The position numbers were made by a program, and so were the translations under genes. Under the pieces are notes generated by a model. That model had not been told where the DNA came from. It did no database searches and worked only from the letters and a program-made list of their open reading frames with translations. This document shows, piece by piece, positions 46,364 to 56,800 of a DNA stretch of 64,000 bases. The DNA is taken from contig VHDE01000013.1 of assembly GCA_016871515.1 (NCBI GenBank), forward strand, positions 518 through 64,517. Direction: 5' to 3'. Source of the stretch: Verrucomicrobiota bacterium. GTDB taxonomy: Bacteria; Verrucomicrobiota; Verrucomicrobiia; Limisphaerales; SIBE01. The number at the start of each line of letters is the position of its first letter. Positions within the stretch are counted from its first letter, which is position 1.

Positions 46364-46668
46364 AAGTTATTTGGAAGATGATTTGGATCGCCATTCTGTG
46401 CTGAGACGCGAAGCAGTCCATCACTTTGTTCGTAACGATCTCCCCCAGATCCATAAGCCTTCCAATCAGGATTTCGATTAGGGGAATCAAAATCGTCTTG
46501 AAATCCGTTAACACGCTGACCGAGTTCCTGCGGCAGGCCGAAGTTTGGAGCCTGCCCTTGACTGTCAGATGTTACCGCGACTCCATAAAGCAAAGCGAGT
46601 AACAAACTAACGCACCAAACCTGTTGAATTGCGACAGTCACTGGTTGGCGATAGCAAGTAACGAACAC
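46360..46668 (-). pseudogene. truncated N-terminal fragment of a secreted LamG/DUF1080-like protein
   Basis: 102-aa ORF with a signal-like helix (VWCVSLLLALLYGVAV). Then FQDDFDSPNRNPDWKAYGSGGDRYEQSDGLLRVSAQNGDPNHL, a typical start of a concanavalin-like lectin domain. It ends abruptly where the IS110 fragment ends. Confidence 0.35.
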
Positions 46669-46702
46669 ACTTTCGAGTAGAGGTCAATAATGTTGGGCAG
46701 CG

Positions 46703-48100
46703 CTAGGCCACAATACCACCAATCGGATTGCCCTCCGCGATCATGACAGGTCGCTGCCCGACAGCATAAACTTCGGTGTGCGGGTCGATCCCCAGAAGAT
46801 AATAAATTGTCGCCGCTAAATCTTCCGGACGAACCGGATCCTTCGTTGGAAGCGAAGCCGTTTTGTCCGACTCGCCGAAAACGAATCCTCGCTTCACTCC
46901 GCCGCCCGCCAGCAACACCGTATAACAATCGGGCCAATGATCGCGGCTGGCCTTTTCGTTGATCTTCGGCGTGCGCCCAAACTCGCCAGTCCACACCACC
47001 AGCGTTGTATCGAGCAATCCGCGCTGGTCGAGTTCCTCAAGCAACGTCGGCAACGTTTGATCTGTCATCGGGAGATGATACTTCTCCATGATCGGAAACA
47101 TCTTCTTTCCGTTATTCCCATGCGTATCCCAGCCACTGCCCACATCGCCTCCGATGTTTGGCGAAAAGTAAACCGTGACGAACTTTGTGCCGGCTTCTAC
47201 CAGCCGACGAGCGAGCAAACAACTCTGTCCGTAGGGCGTTCGTCCGTAGCTGTCGCGAACTGCGTCCGATTCTGCCGAAAGATTAAACGCCTCGCGCAGT
47301 TTGGGTGAATCGAGCATGGCCAGCGCCTTCTCGTAATAGGCATCCAGGCCGCGCGCCTGCGCCGAATGACTCAGCAAGCGCGACTGGCTATCAATGATTT
47401 TCTGGATCGACCGCCGATGCATGAGCCGCTCGTAAGAAATATTCGCGGGCAAGCTTAGTTCGGGCAGTTTGAAATCCGGTTTGTTCGGGTCGCGCGTGAT
47501 AAGCAACGGGTCATGCACCTTGCCGAGAAAGCTCGCCGCCTGACCCGGCGTTACGGTGCCGTCCCCAATAACCCACGGCAATGCGACGGAAGTCGGAATC
47601 GCTCCGACGACAGGTGCTAAGCGATCCACTACCGATCCCAACGCCGGAAAAAGGTCTGGAGAATCCCGCAACGTGATATCATCCACTGGCGGCGCATGTC
47701 CCGTGAGTGCATAGTACGACGCCGGGTTGTGGTTCTTCATGTGATGATGAACCGAACGAATCAGCGTGACCTTATCCGTTACCTTCGCCAGACGCGGCAA
47801 ATGCTCGCTAATCGCAATGCCATCGGCATTCGTGGCGACCGGTTTGTGCAATCCACGAATGCCCTCCGGCGCCTCCGGCTTCATATCGAACATGTCGATA
47901 TGACTCGGCCCGCCGAATTGATAGAGGAAGATTACCGACTTCGTGCGCGCTTTGAGGGTTGGCTTGGAATTGTTCGCCTCGGCTTGCAAAAGTTTGGGCA
48001 AACTCAATCCCAGAAGCCCAAGACCGCCGACCTTCAGCGCGTGACGCCGCGACATCGCGTGAAAAGCTGGACAAGCGAAGGAATGTGTCATCGAATTCAT
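46703..48100 (-). CDS. DUF1501 domain protein (sulfatase-like fold, Tat signal)
   Basis: 465 aa. Motifs: MSRRHALKVGGLGLLGLSL, SVIFLYQFGGPSHIDMFDMKPEAP, WDTHGNN, TGEFGRTPKIN..SRDHW. Confidence 0.85.
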   Translation of the reverse strand: MNSMTHSFACPAFHAMSRRHALKVGGLGLLGLSLPKLLQAEANNSKPTLKARTKSVIFLYQFGGPSHIDMFDMKPEAPEGIRGLHKPVATNADGIAISEHLPRLAKVTDKVTLIRSVHHHMKNHNPASYYALTGHAPPVDDITLRDSPDLFPALGSVVDRLAPVVGAIPTSVALPWVIGDGTVTPGQAASFLGKVHDPLLITRDPNKPDFKLPELSLPANISYERLMHRRSIQKIIDSQSRLLSHSAQARGLDAYYEKALAMLDSPKLREAFNLSAESDAVRDSYGRTPYGQSCLLARRLVEAGTKFVTVYFSPNIGGDVGSGWDTHGNNGKKMFPIMEKYHLPMTDQTLPTLLEELDQRGLLDTTLVVWTGEFGRTPKINEKASRDHWPDCYTVLLAGGGVKRGFVFGESDKTASLPTKDPVRPEDLAATIYYLLGIDPHTEVYAVGQRPVMIAEGNPIGGIVA

Positions 48101-48395
48101 CTCAGCCTCGGTTCAGTCGTCGGTAGCTGCGCGTTTAAACGCGCAGGCAAACTTAGCATCGAAACATTATCATCACCAACCCAGTTCAACAAAGCTCAAA
48201 TTGAAGTCTCTAATTGGCGGGTTTGATTGAATTGAAAAACTCGACGGAATTTGATCCCGGCTGACTCCTTCATCTGCTTGTGCCACGGAAAGTTTAGTTT
48301 TGTTGCGCGCCCTGCCAACCCCTCGGCTGTGACAATGTTGGAGACTTCGATTGCAGCACCTGTCCGTCGTGAAACAGCTGCGTTGGCGTTTGAAT

Positions 48396-50777
48396 TCATC
48401 TACGAAAGACAAAGTCTTTTGAATTGAGCAAGCCCCACAAAATATCTTCGAACTCCGCTCGGCGATCCTTCGTTGCCTCGAGCGCTGCCAAAAGGCCCTC
48501 TCGTTCTTCGGGCATGGGCGGGCGAGTGAGGGCTGTCCAAAAAAATTCCTCCAGGATTTCGCCGTTTGACTTATCAGCAGCCAGGAGGCGGCTGACACGA
48601 TTCTCCTTTTCCGCCAGCAATCCGTTGATGGCTGAACCACTGATCATTTGAAAGGCCTGGCTCATATTGCATTCGCAGGACCGTTCGGTGTCGGTTGTCA
48701 ACAGCCGCGGGGGTTTTCCGAACATTTCCAAGAATTGATCGAGTTGATTGGATCGCCGCTTGCCTTTGCTCTCGGGACGCACGCCGGGTAATTGCGCGGC
48801 GCGCATTCCAACGGGATAGCTCGCAAATCGGAGCGGGACGCCTGTTACTTGGCTTTGGCAATCCAGCAGTTGTTCTGCGCCCAAGCGGCGGGTAAGCGTT
48901 CGTGAGAAATTGATGTCATCGGCGCCGTTCGTGTTGTTCGGTTCGAAAGACAATTGATAGACGCGCGAATTCATGATCAGCCGAATGATGTGGCGAACAT
49001 CATGATTATGCTCGACGAAGTCTTTGGCCAGCGCGTCGAGCAATGCGGGATGCGACGCAGGATTTGTGGCTCGAAAATCGTCGGGCGGATCGACCAGGCC
49101 TCGGCCCATCAAATGAAACCAGATGCGGTTGACCTGAACGCGGGCGAACAGGGTGTTGTTGGTGCTCGTAAGCCACTCGGCCAGGACTTCGAGGCGGTCG
49201 GGTTCGTGATGCGTGATCCGTGATCCGTGATCCGTGATCTGTGAAGTTAGTCCTCGCTGGTCGGCGGTGGCGCCGAGGAAGCGAGGTTGAGCGTCCTTGC
49301 TGGTGCGGGGGTTCTTTAGGGAACCTGAGCGCGGCGCGAAGACGATTTGTTCGCCGTTCCATTCGTGTTTGTCGCTGCCAATCTCACGCTTGTTCTCGAT
49401 AATCTTATAGCCAACCCGCCCGAAGGCGGCAGCCCAATCGTAGTAATCGTCCTGAGTCCAGCGGTCGGATGGATGATTGTGGCACTCGGCGCATTGCAGG
49501 CGCGCACCGAGAAACACCTGGGCCGTCGCCTTCGCTCGCGAGGCGGGATCGCGATTGGGACGGTAATAGTTGGCGGCGGGATTCTGGTACGTGCTGCCGC
49601 GTGCGCTAATAAGTTCGCGAACGAATTGATCGAGCGGCTTGTTTTCGGCGACACTTTGGCGAATCCAGTGATGAAAAATCTGAACGCCTTTCTGGTCGAG
49701 CGAATGGGCTTCGACTCGCAACAGGTCAGCCCACTTGAGCGCCCAGAAGTCGGCAAACTCCGGTCGATCAAGCAACTGGTCAATAAGCCGCTCTCGTTTG
49801 CCGAAGACCAAACTCTCCATAGCAGCCGACGTGAGGAAGCTCTGATCCGGCGCCGCGTTGGTGCTCGAAGGCTGAGCCTCCTGGCGTCGGCTGCTACGAA
49901 TAGCTGGCACAACGAACGCGCGCGCTTCATCGGCCGTTGGCAGAATGCCAAGCAAATCGAGATACGCTCGTCGCATGAACACTTCATCCGAAGCTAATTC
50001 CGAAGGATTCATTCGCAGCGTCCGAAGCTTCACAAAGATATGGTCGTCGATGTAATTCTGGCGCGGCGTGTCCATCCACGTGAATCCCGGTCGGGCTGGG
50101 ATAAATGCGACTCGAACCGGTTCCTGACAATGCAAGTAGCGAACCAGAATTGTGGTCTCGCCCAGGCCTGCGCGTTGCACTTCGCCCGTCGCGCTCACTT
50201 TCGCGAACGGGTTCGAGGCTTCATAAACTGCGAAGTTGGTTATGTCTCGAACCGAGCCGTCGGAAAACTTCGCCTGGACTTGCAGTTGGAATCGATCATC
50301 GGGATCGATCAAGTTTCGCTCGCCCGGCGCCACCGCGATACCCTGCAGTTTGGGCGACGAACTCACGTCGTCCCGCATGCCTTCAGCGATCCAATTTCGA
50401 AGCGCTTGATAGAGCTCTGAATCTTTTCGAAAACGCAAGCCGCCCTCATGAGCCAACTCTGTGGTCGGCTTCAACAGAATAAGACTTTGTTCCGGATCGA
50501 GCAGGTTGGCGCGGCGACCAAACAACTCGCGTGTTAGCGTTTGGTGATCCGCGTCTGGATCCTGCCCGCGGAGGGAAAGTTTGAATCCGCCCTTGCCGTT
50601 CTTGTTGCCATGACATGTGCCGGCGTTGCAACCGGCTTTCGAAAGCACCGCCATGACATCGTTCCGGAACGAAACCTCAGCGGCTCCGATGCCGTTGCAA
50701 GCCCCAACGAAGCACGCGAGCAGCAGCCAACAGACGCCTCGAGTCAATGGTCGATTGTTGGACCGTCGTGTAAGCAC
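48396..50777 (-). CDS. DUF1549/DUF1553 (PSD1-like) protein with Big_2-like domain
   Basis: 793 aa. Motifs: VLSKAGCNAGTCHGNKNGKGGFKLSLRG, FADFWALKWADLLRV, LGARLQCAECHNHPSDRWTQDDYY, VNRIWFHLMGRGLVDPPDDF, FGKPPR....ER. It is the typical partner of DUF1501. Confidence 0.85.
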   Translation of the reverse strand: MLTRRSNNRPLTRGVCWLLLACFVGACNGIGAAEVSFRNDVMAVLSKAGCNAGTCHGNKNGKGGFKLSLRGQDPDADHQTLTRELFGRRANLLDPEQSLILLKPTTELAHEGGLRFRKDSELYQALRNWIAEGMRDDVSSSPKLQGIAVAPGERNLIDPDDRFQLQVQAKFSDGSVRDITNFAVYEASNPFAKVSATGEVQRAGLGETTILVRYLHCQEPVRVAFIPARPGFTWMDTPRQNYIDDHIFVKLRTLRMNPSELASDEVFMRRAYLDLLGILPTADEARAFVVPAIRSSRRQEAQPSSTNAAPDQSFLTSAAMESLVFGKRERLIDQLLDRPEFADFWALKWADLLRVEAHSLDQKGVQIFHHWIRQSVAENKPLDQFVRELISARGSTYQNPAANYYRPNRDPASRAKATAQVFLGARLQCAECHNHPSDRWTQDDYYDWAAAFGRVGYKIIENKREIGSDKHEWNGEQIVFAPRSGSLKNPRTSKDAQPRFLGATADQRGLTSQITDHGSRITHHEPDRLEVLAEWLTSTNNTLFARVQVNRIWFHLMGRGLVDPPDDFRATNPASHPALLDALAKDFVEHNHDVRHIIRLIMNSRVYQLSFEPNNTNGADDINFSRTLTRRLGAEQLLDCQSQVTGVPLRFASYPVGMRAAQLPGVRPESKGKRRSNQLDQFLEMFGKPPRLLTTDTERSCECNMSQAFQMISGSAINGLLAEKENRVSRLLAADKSNGEILEEFFWTALTRPPMPEEREGLLAALEATKDRRAEFEDILWGLLNSKDFVFRR
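49206..49240. repeat. heptanucleotide tandem repeat (gtgatcc)n inside the DUF1553 CDS
   Basis: The run reads gtgatgc gtgatcc gtgatcc gtgatcc gtgatct, with 3 perfect and 2 imperfect units. It is translated as ...ITDHGSRITHH... Confidence 0.7.
49820..49896. repeat. REP-like inverted repeat embedded in-frame in the DUF1549/1553 CDS
   Basis: The arm tagcagccgacgtgaggaagctc (49820-49842) matches the reverse complement of gagcctcctggcgtcggctgcta (49874-49896) in 20 of 23 positions. It encodes ...SSRRQEAQPSSTNAAPDQSFLTSAA..., a low-complexity stretch inside otherwise conserved sequence. Confidence 0.5.
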
Positions 50778-50869
50778 GGAGCAAAGTTATCCACTTGCTC
50801 TGTCCAATACAAGCGACACGTCAATTTCAGCCAAATGCCGAGAAGGTAAGCGTCGCCCTACGGAGCTCA

Positions 50870-53800
50870 CTAACTTGCCTTGCGGAAGGCGCGGCTCGCG
50901 GCGCCGAATGCAGCCAGTACAACAAACACGCCGATGAGGATCGACAGGCGCAGCCGCCAGGAAGCGGTCCTTGCCGCGACCGCCTCCAGTTCAATCCTCA
51001 AGTCCGCCCATGGATCCACGAGCACGGCACGCTTGAAGGTGAGGAGCCGGCCTTGTTCGGGAATAGACGCGCGCATCGCAACGGGACTGCTGACGGCGGC
51101 ATCCTGCTGCTGAATGAGTCGTTCGGCCAAGCGCATGAAAGCGGCGTTTTCATCCGCGGTGTTGCGATCGATAATCTCCTTCGCGTCCTGTTGGGTGTAG
51201 GTAACTCCTTCGCGACTCCGCAGGTCACGCACCCTTGCGCCCAGTGCCGTGGTGTCACCAGCTACTGCCGCTTGGCGGACGTTCAGCCCGACCAAAGCCT
51301 GTTGCAGCTTCAGATTGTGCAATTGAACGCGAGCATCTTCATTGAACGCGTTGTCATGCTGGCTCAAGCCGTAGGCGGCCTGGAATGCGCGTCGCGCCTG
51401 CTGCGGGTCGCCGCGTTCGAGCAGCGTATTGCCCATAGCCAGGAGTTCCTCGGCTTCTTTCGTTTTGCCGCGTTGCAGAGCAGCCTCATTTTGAAGATAA
51501 GTCTGCAAATCAACCGCGGCGCTCCGAGGCGCCATTTGGTCCTGTTGCAACTGCAGGGTCCCCGCCCAATCTTTGACGCGCCATTTCTCACTGAGATAGA
51601 CCCGCCATGTGATGTCCTCCAGCGGCAAATCAAATTTCGGGGCGAGCAGGTCAAGATCGAGCGAGCGCCTGCGAGATGAACCAATCTTGCTGCTGTAAAA
51701 TATTTCCACTGGGATCGCTTTCCCGGAGCGCGCTTGCGGTTCGAGCGGAACCAAAATGCGGTCCCCTTCGCGCCACGGCCAAACGCCGCTTTGATTCACG
51801 AACGCAAACCAAAAACGCGCGTCTGCTGGTAACGTGAGATAAAGCAAACGTTTGTCGCCTGGCAACATCTCGAGACGCGCTTGCGTGAGCATAACACCAT
51901 CATCGGAAATGACGGAGGTCAGCGTGACATTGTTGACGCGAGCGGGCAAAAGCTTCGCGGCTTCGTGGCGGTCCAGTTTCAATGGCAATTGAAACGACGG
52001 TTCAACGAGACGAAACGCGAAATTGGCCGAGACTGCTGACAAGTCCTGCTGCAGCGCGCGGGGAATGCTTTGCCACTCGGTCGTTTGCAGCGAAGCCGGC
52101 AGCGCATCGATGCGGACTTGTTGACGGCCTCGGGCTTGCACTGTGACGAAGCCGCGTTGCAGGTTCACGTCCGCCGTTTGGACGCCACGCAGAACGGTCT
52201 CGGTCGCGGTGTCTGCGACGGCAGTCTGATAAGTGACTTGCAACAAGTATCGACCAATCACACGCCGATGCAGCTTGATTTCCCACGCTTGCAAATTATT
52301 CGTCACCCCGCCTGCAATTGGGAGGAAACCGGAAACTTGGTCGCCTTGAAAACGGACGCTTCCGGCATTGGTCGGCAAGAAAACGCGGAACGCTTTCAAG
52401 CCCGTGTTCTCGATCTGGTATTGCAAGTTTGCCCCAACGTTTACCAGGGCTTCACTGACAGTTGCATGTTGCAGGCTCGTCACCTGAATCCACGGATCGA
52501 CTTGTTCGATGTCCAGCGCCAGATTCCACGGAACCTGCAGAATGCGGAAGGCGAGCACGCCCTTCTGCTGGATGCCTGTCTTTTGCGGGTCCAGCTGTGT
52601 CACGCCATTGCGCGTGCCCGGTTGCAGCCGCATGCCTTGGTCCGGCACAATCAAGAGAGTTCCGCGCTGCTTGCTGGCTTCGCGCAAAACGAGCTGTGGA
52701 ACGGCCCAATTGTTCGTGGTCTTAACACCGGCTCCCGACAAACTGATGGCGAACTGTTGCGGCCCGGCCGTCTTGCCGCGCAAGTGCAGCGTGATAATCC
52801 GTCCAGCATCAGCGCGCAACTCGGTCCAATGGCTCAACGCTTGGCCACTGATCGACTCCACATCGAGCGCGCCGGGCAACACAAAACTCAGGCGGAAAAT
52901 GCCCGCGCGCGTAATATCGACCGACAGGTTCGACGCAAGAACTGTCCGGTCTTCGCCCAATGATACGGTGTCCTGTGTTTCGACGCGCACGTCCGGCTCG
53001 ACTGGAGAGGCTCGGACCGAAACCGTAGCTCCAGTCTCCGTGTATCGAAACGCGCGGCGGACGGTCAGCTCAGGAATCTGCGCCTGGAGCATTTGCGGTG
53101 CGCTAACGGGATAATCTTCGAGATTGATCGGGGAGAGATTGCCTGCGTTCACGGAATCGAGTTGAACTTCGCGGCCCGTCGCAATACCAAGCAAACCGAT
53201 CTGCCCCGCCGCCTGCTCGATAGAAAGAAGTCCAATCGATTGTTCAAAGGGCAATGGGCCGGTAGGAACTTGTGAGCGGATCAGCAGCGTGAAAGGACGC
53301 GACTGCGCCGGGTTCAAATTCACGCGGAGCCTGCGCGTGTCGGGATCGAAACGCCAGAGCGACGCGATCGATTTTGGTGGCAGTGGTTGGTTGGTGGCGG
53401 CATCGGTCCCGGGTGTAGGATCGATTGCGCTGACATCCGTGATCGTCGCGCCGGTTGGGACGTTAAAGACAAGCTCCGTAAGTTCTCCCTGGGCCGGGCG
53501 AATGACGGCGTGATGCGCACCTTCAATTACACCCGCAGTCGGGACGTAAAGTTGAGAGATTTCAGCATAGAAGACCGCTCTTTCCCGCTTCACATCACGG
53601 CTGCGCGGGCGCCAGTTGATCCAGGCGTCGTTCACGGGCGCGAGGACGAGGTTCGCCATGGTGTTGCTGTTGGAAGTCGTGCGTTCGATGGAAGCGGCCT
53701 GCGCTGAGAATACGTCCACATCAAGATTGGCGAGGGTCAACCGAAGCGGATTGATCAACCCATGTTGCGTGGGGAGAACGAAGCCGCTTTCGCTAAGCTT

Positions 53801-56800
53801 GGCCGTCACGTGGATTTGGTATCGCAATTCGACATCGAACGCGCCGGTTTCCAAAGCTAGCAACTGATGCGCACGCCTGCCGTTGGCCGGAGCCTGAATC
53901 AGTCTGAGTGCGTTCGTCGGATAAACAACGCTCGTCAATACGGCCGGCTCGAACAGGAGAGGAAGCGTCTGGTTTTTCTCGGCCGTCCAATGGATCTTGG
54001 CCGTGCCGAGCGCGAACCTTTCTTCGACGCGAATTTCCTGCGCGACCGATTCGGCCAGCGCCGGCGCTCTGGGAAATGGAGTAGGGGTGTAAAGGGCGGC
54101 GGGAACTGGATTGGCTTGCGGATTGGCCGTCTGCGCCTGAGCAACCAGCAGCGTGCCATCGTAACGCAGAGTTCCACTCTGCTGTATCGCAGACTTGTAG
54201 TCTGCAGCGAGTCCGAGAGCCGAGACATTCCCGCGAGATCGAGCGTTCTGCCGACTGAAAGTCGGCGATACAGCAGAGTGAAACTCTGCGTTACGAGGCG
54301 CGCTCGAATGCGCAATGACCGGCGGCGCGGATTCAGACCACAGTGACAGCAGGGTTCCAATGAGCAGCGATGCCACAGCCGGCGCCGGGCCGCTGTCCGG
54401 CGGAGTCAGCGCCGCGGACTTTGGTTTTCTTGGCAGTTGCCAAAGCCGGCGCAGAGCCGGAATCAAAGTGTGGAGCAGTAAGAAGAGGAGAATAATTACG
54501 ATGAAACTCGGCGCTCCGCCGGGTGCCCGCAGTCCCGCCCAGGCCACAAGCGTCCATCCGAACAGCCATCCGACCGCCGTGAACCACATGCGATTCGTGA
54601 TCCATCCATAAACCCAGACCACCAGCGCAAGCAATGCCGGCCATGCGTAGCCAAGGAAACTGAACACCGTGGCTTCAGCTTTGATGTTTGCTACTTCGAC
54701 GTTAAGCCCAGTGCCGGCTTGTTGTACTGGCGCTAGAAACGTTACCTCGCGCGAAACAGCGACGTTCTGCTGCGCGGCCAAGTCACCAAGGCTGATCAGT
54801 GCTGCGATCGCCATAGCCACGGCTATCAGACCCAGGACCGTCCCGAACAGATGGCGCGCGCTGTATCTGTAAACGCCTTCACGCACCGTCCATCGCCAAA
54901 CCACAAGCGCAATCCCAACTAATAACAGCGCAGCAATCAGCGAAACCAGAGCTTGCGCAGCGTCCAGACCGCTGAATGCTTTGTTCAACTGGGCGAAGCC
55001 AGAAATATCGGCGACACCATCCACAGGCGTCAGTGAACCCCGGCGATAGATCAAACGTTGTCCTGCGTCTGGCGCAAGTTTCCATTCTGCGAGCATCACG
55101 GGTGCGGCGACGATTGGTGTGGCGATGGCCACCCGTTTGGGGGTTGTTGACCGCGAAGCCAACTTAACGTCCACGGCCAGGACCGCGTTGGGATCCGCTC
55201 GCTGCGGCAAGGGAATCATGTTCGCTTGTCCATCCAGGACCGGCACGACCGGAGCGCCGTTCACTGTTGCGGACCACAATTGCGTTCCAGCCGGGAGCGT
55301 CACTCGGAAATGTGAATTGCCGCGATTCTTGACGAAATAATGCGCGTCCGTCAGGACTTGTCCTTCTTTCGAAATTCGTGTCAACAGCGACGCCCGGTCA
55401 ACGACTTGGCTGAGAGAATCGCCCTGGACCAGCGGGTTGAGCGCGAGCCGCAAATTGAATGGCCGCGATGTGTAACGATAAGCCGCGAGAACTGGCGCAT
55501 CGAAGAAGAGTCGATATTCCGGAGGCACTTCACCAGTTTCGAGCGGCAACAATCCTGGCGACACATCCACCGGATTGACCTGAAATTGATACGCGCTAAT
55601 CACCAGCGTGTGGCCTTGTTCCGATTGCGCGTCGAGCGGGCGCGCTCCGGTAAATGCGAGCGTTTCGCCTTGCGCTCGAAACGGCCGCTCATAGGTTGCG
55701 AGCAGCGTATAAGCGCCGGACACGGGCGAGTGCAATTGCACGACGTAGCCATTGGTCGCTCTTTGCCAATTGCGAATGTCTTTGCCGATAAACTCGACGT
55801 TGAAGTATTCGTTCGAGAGCTCGATCCTCAGCGTTGATATCGGCGCGCCTGAAACCAGATAGTGCATCACGCTGCTGCCGTAAGCGATGCCTTCGCCGAT
55901 GGAAAAAAGATGGAAAGCATCCGCTTGCACCGTCTGCGGCAAACGCTCCACGCGCAACGTTGCCTGCCAAGCCGGTTCGCTGAGTCGAAATGCCAACTGA
56001 ATGCCAGCGACCTTGCGCGGAAAGAACGCCGTTGCGATCTCGGTCAATGCTTGGGTCCTGTCGGGTGTGATGCGGAAACCCGCATCCGCCGAGACGCCCA
56101 AATGGCCACGCACCGATTTCGCTCGGGAAATCTCGATCCGTGGCAACACCCAATTAGTTTGGCCCAGCGCTTGATGGCGTTCGACGCGGAGCTGAACGAT
56201 TTGCCGGCCGGAAACAGGTTGGCCATACACCAGACGCAGTTCGGCGTCTGGATCGCCCTCCGGCTCGCGCAGAAAATAATCGCTCAGGCCGGACGCGTTC
56301 AGGCGCGCGATGGCATATCCTTTTGGGACGCGCATCAGCAACTCCCGCATGGGCGCTTCGCGGATGTCCAATTCAAACTCCGCGTCGATGGCGAGTTCGT
56401 TCTCGGCGTGATGATATGCGAGCACTTCGGAGACGCTGAGTTCAGGCAAGATTTGGTCCGCTTGAATTCGCAGGGAGAATTCGCCGCCAGAAAAGCGATA
56501 AGCAAACCGCTGGCTGCCGCCAGTCGCAAAGAGCGTTCTCGTGACGTCCGTTTCCGGAAATTGTTCGGGAGAAATCTGAGAAAGTCCGGCGGCTTGGACA
56601 ACTTCGAGGCGCACCGCACCTTCGTTGAGTATCCGAACATAACCAGCTAAACGGGTCGCGCCTTCAGGCCGTAGTTGCATGGCATCGACGGCTTGGGGAA
56701 GCGCCCCGATGGATGTCTGCATTTGAACTTGGAGCGCGAACTGATCTTTCTGGGGTTGATTAAACTGAATGACGAGGCGCCGGCCAGCAGAGTTCGCAAT

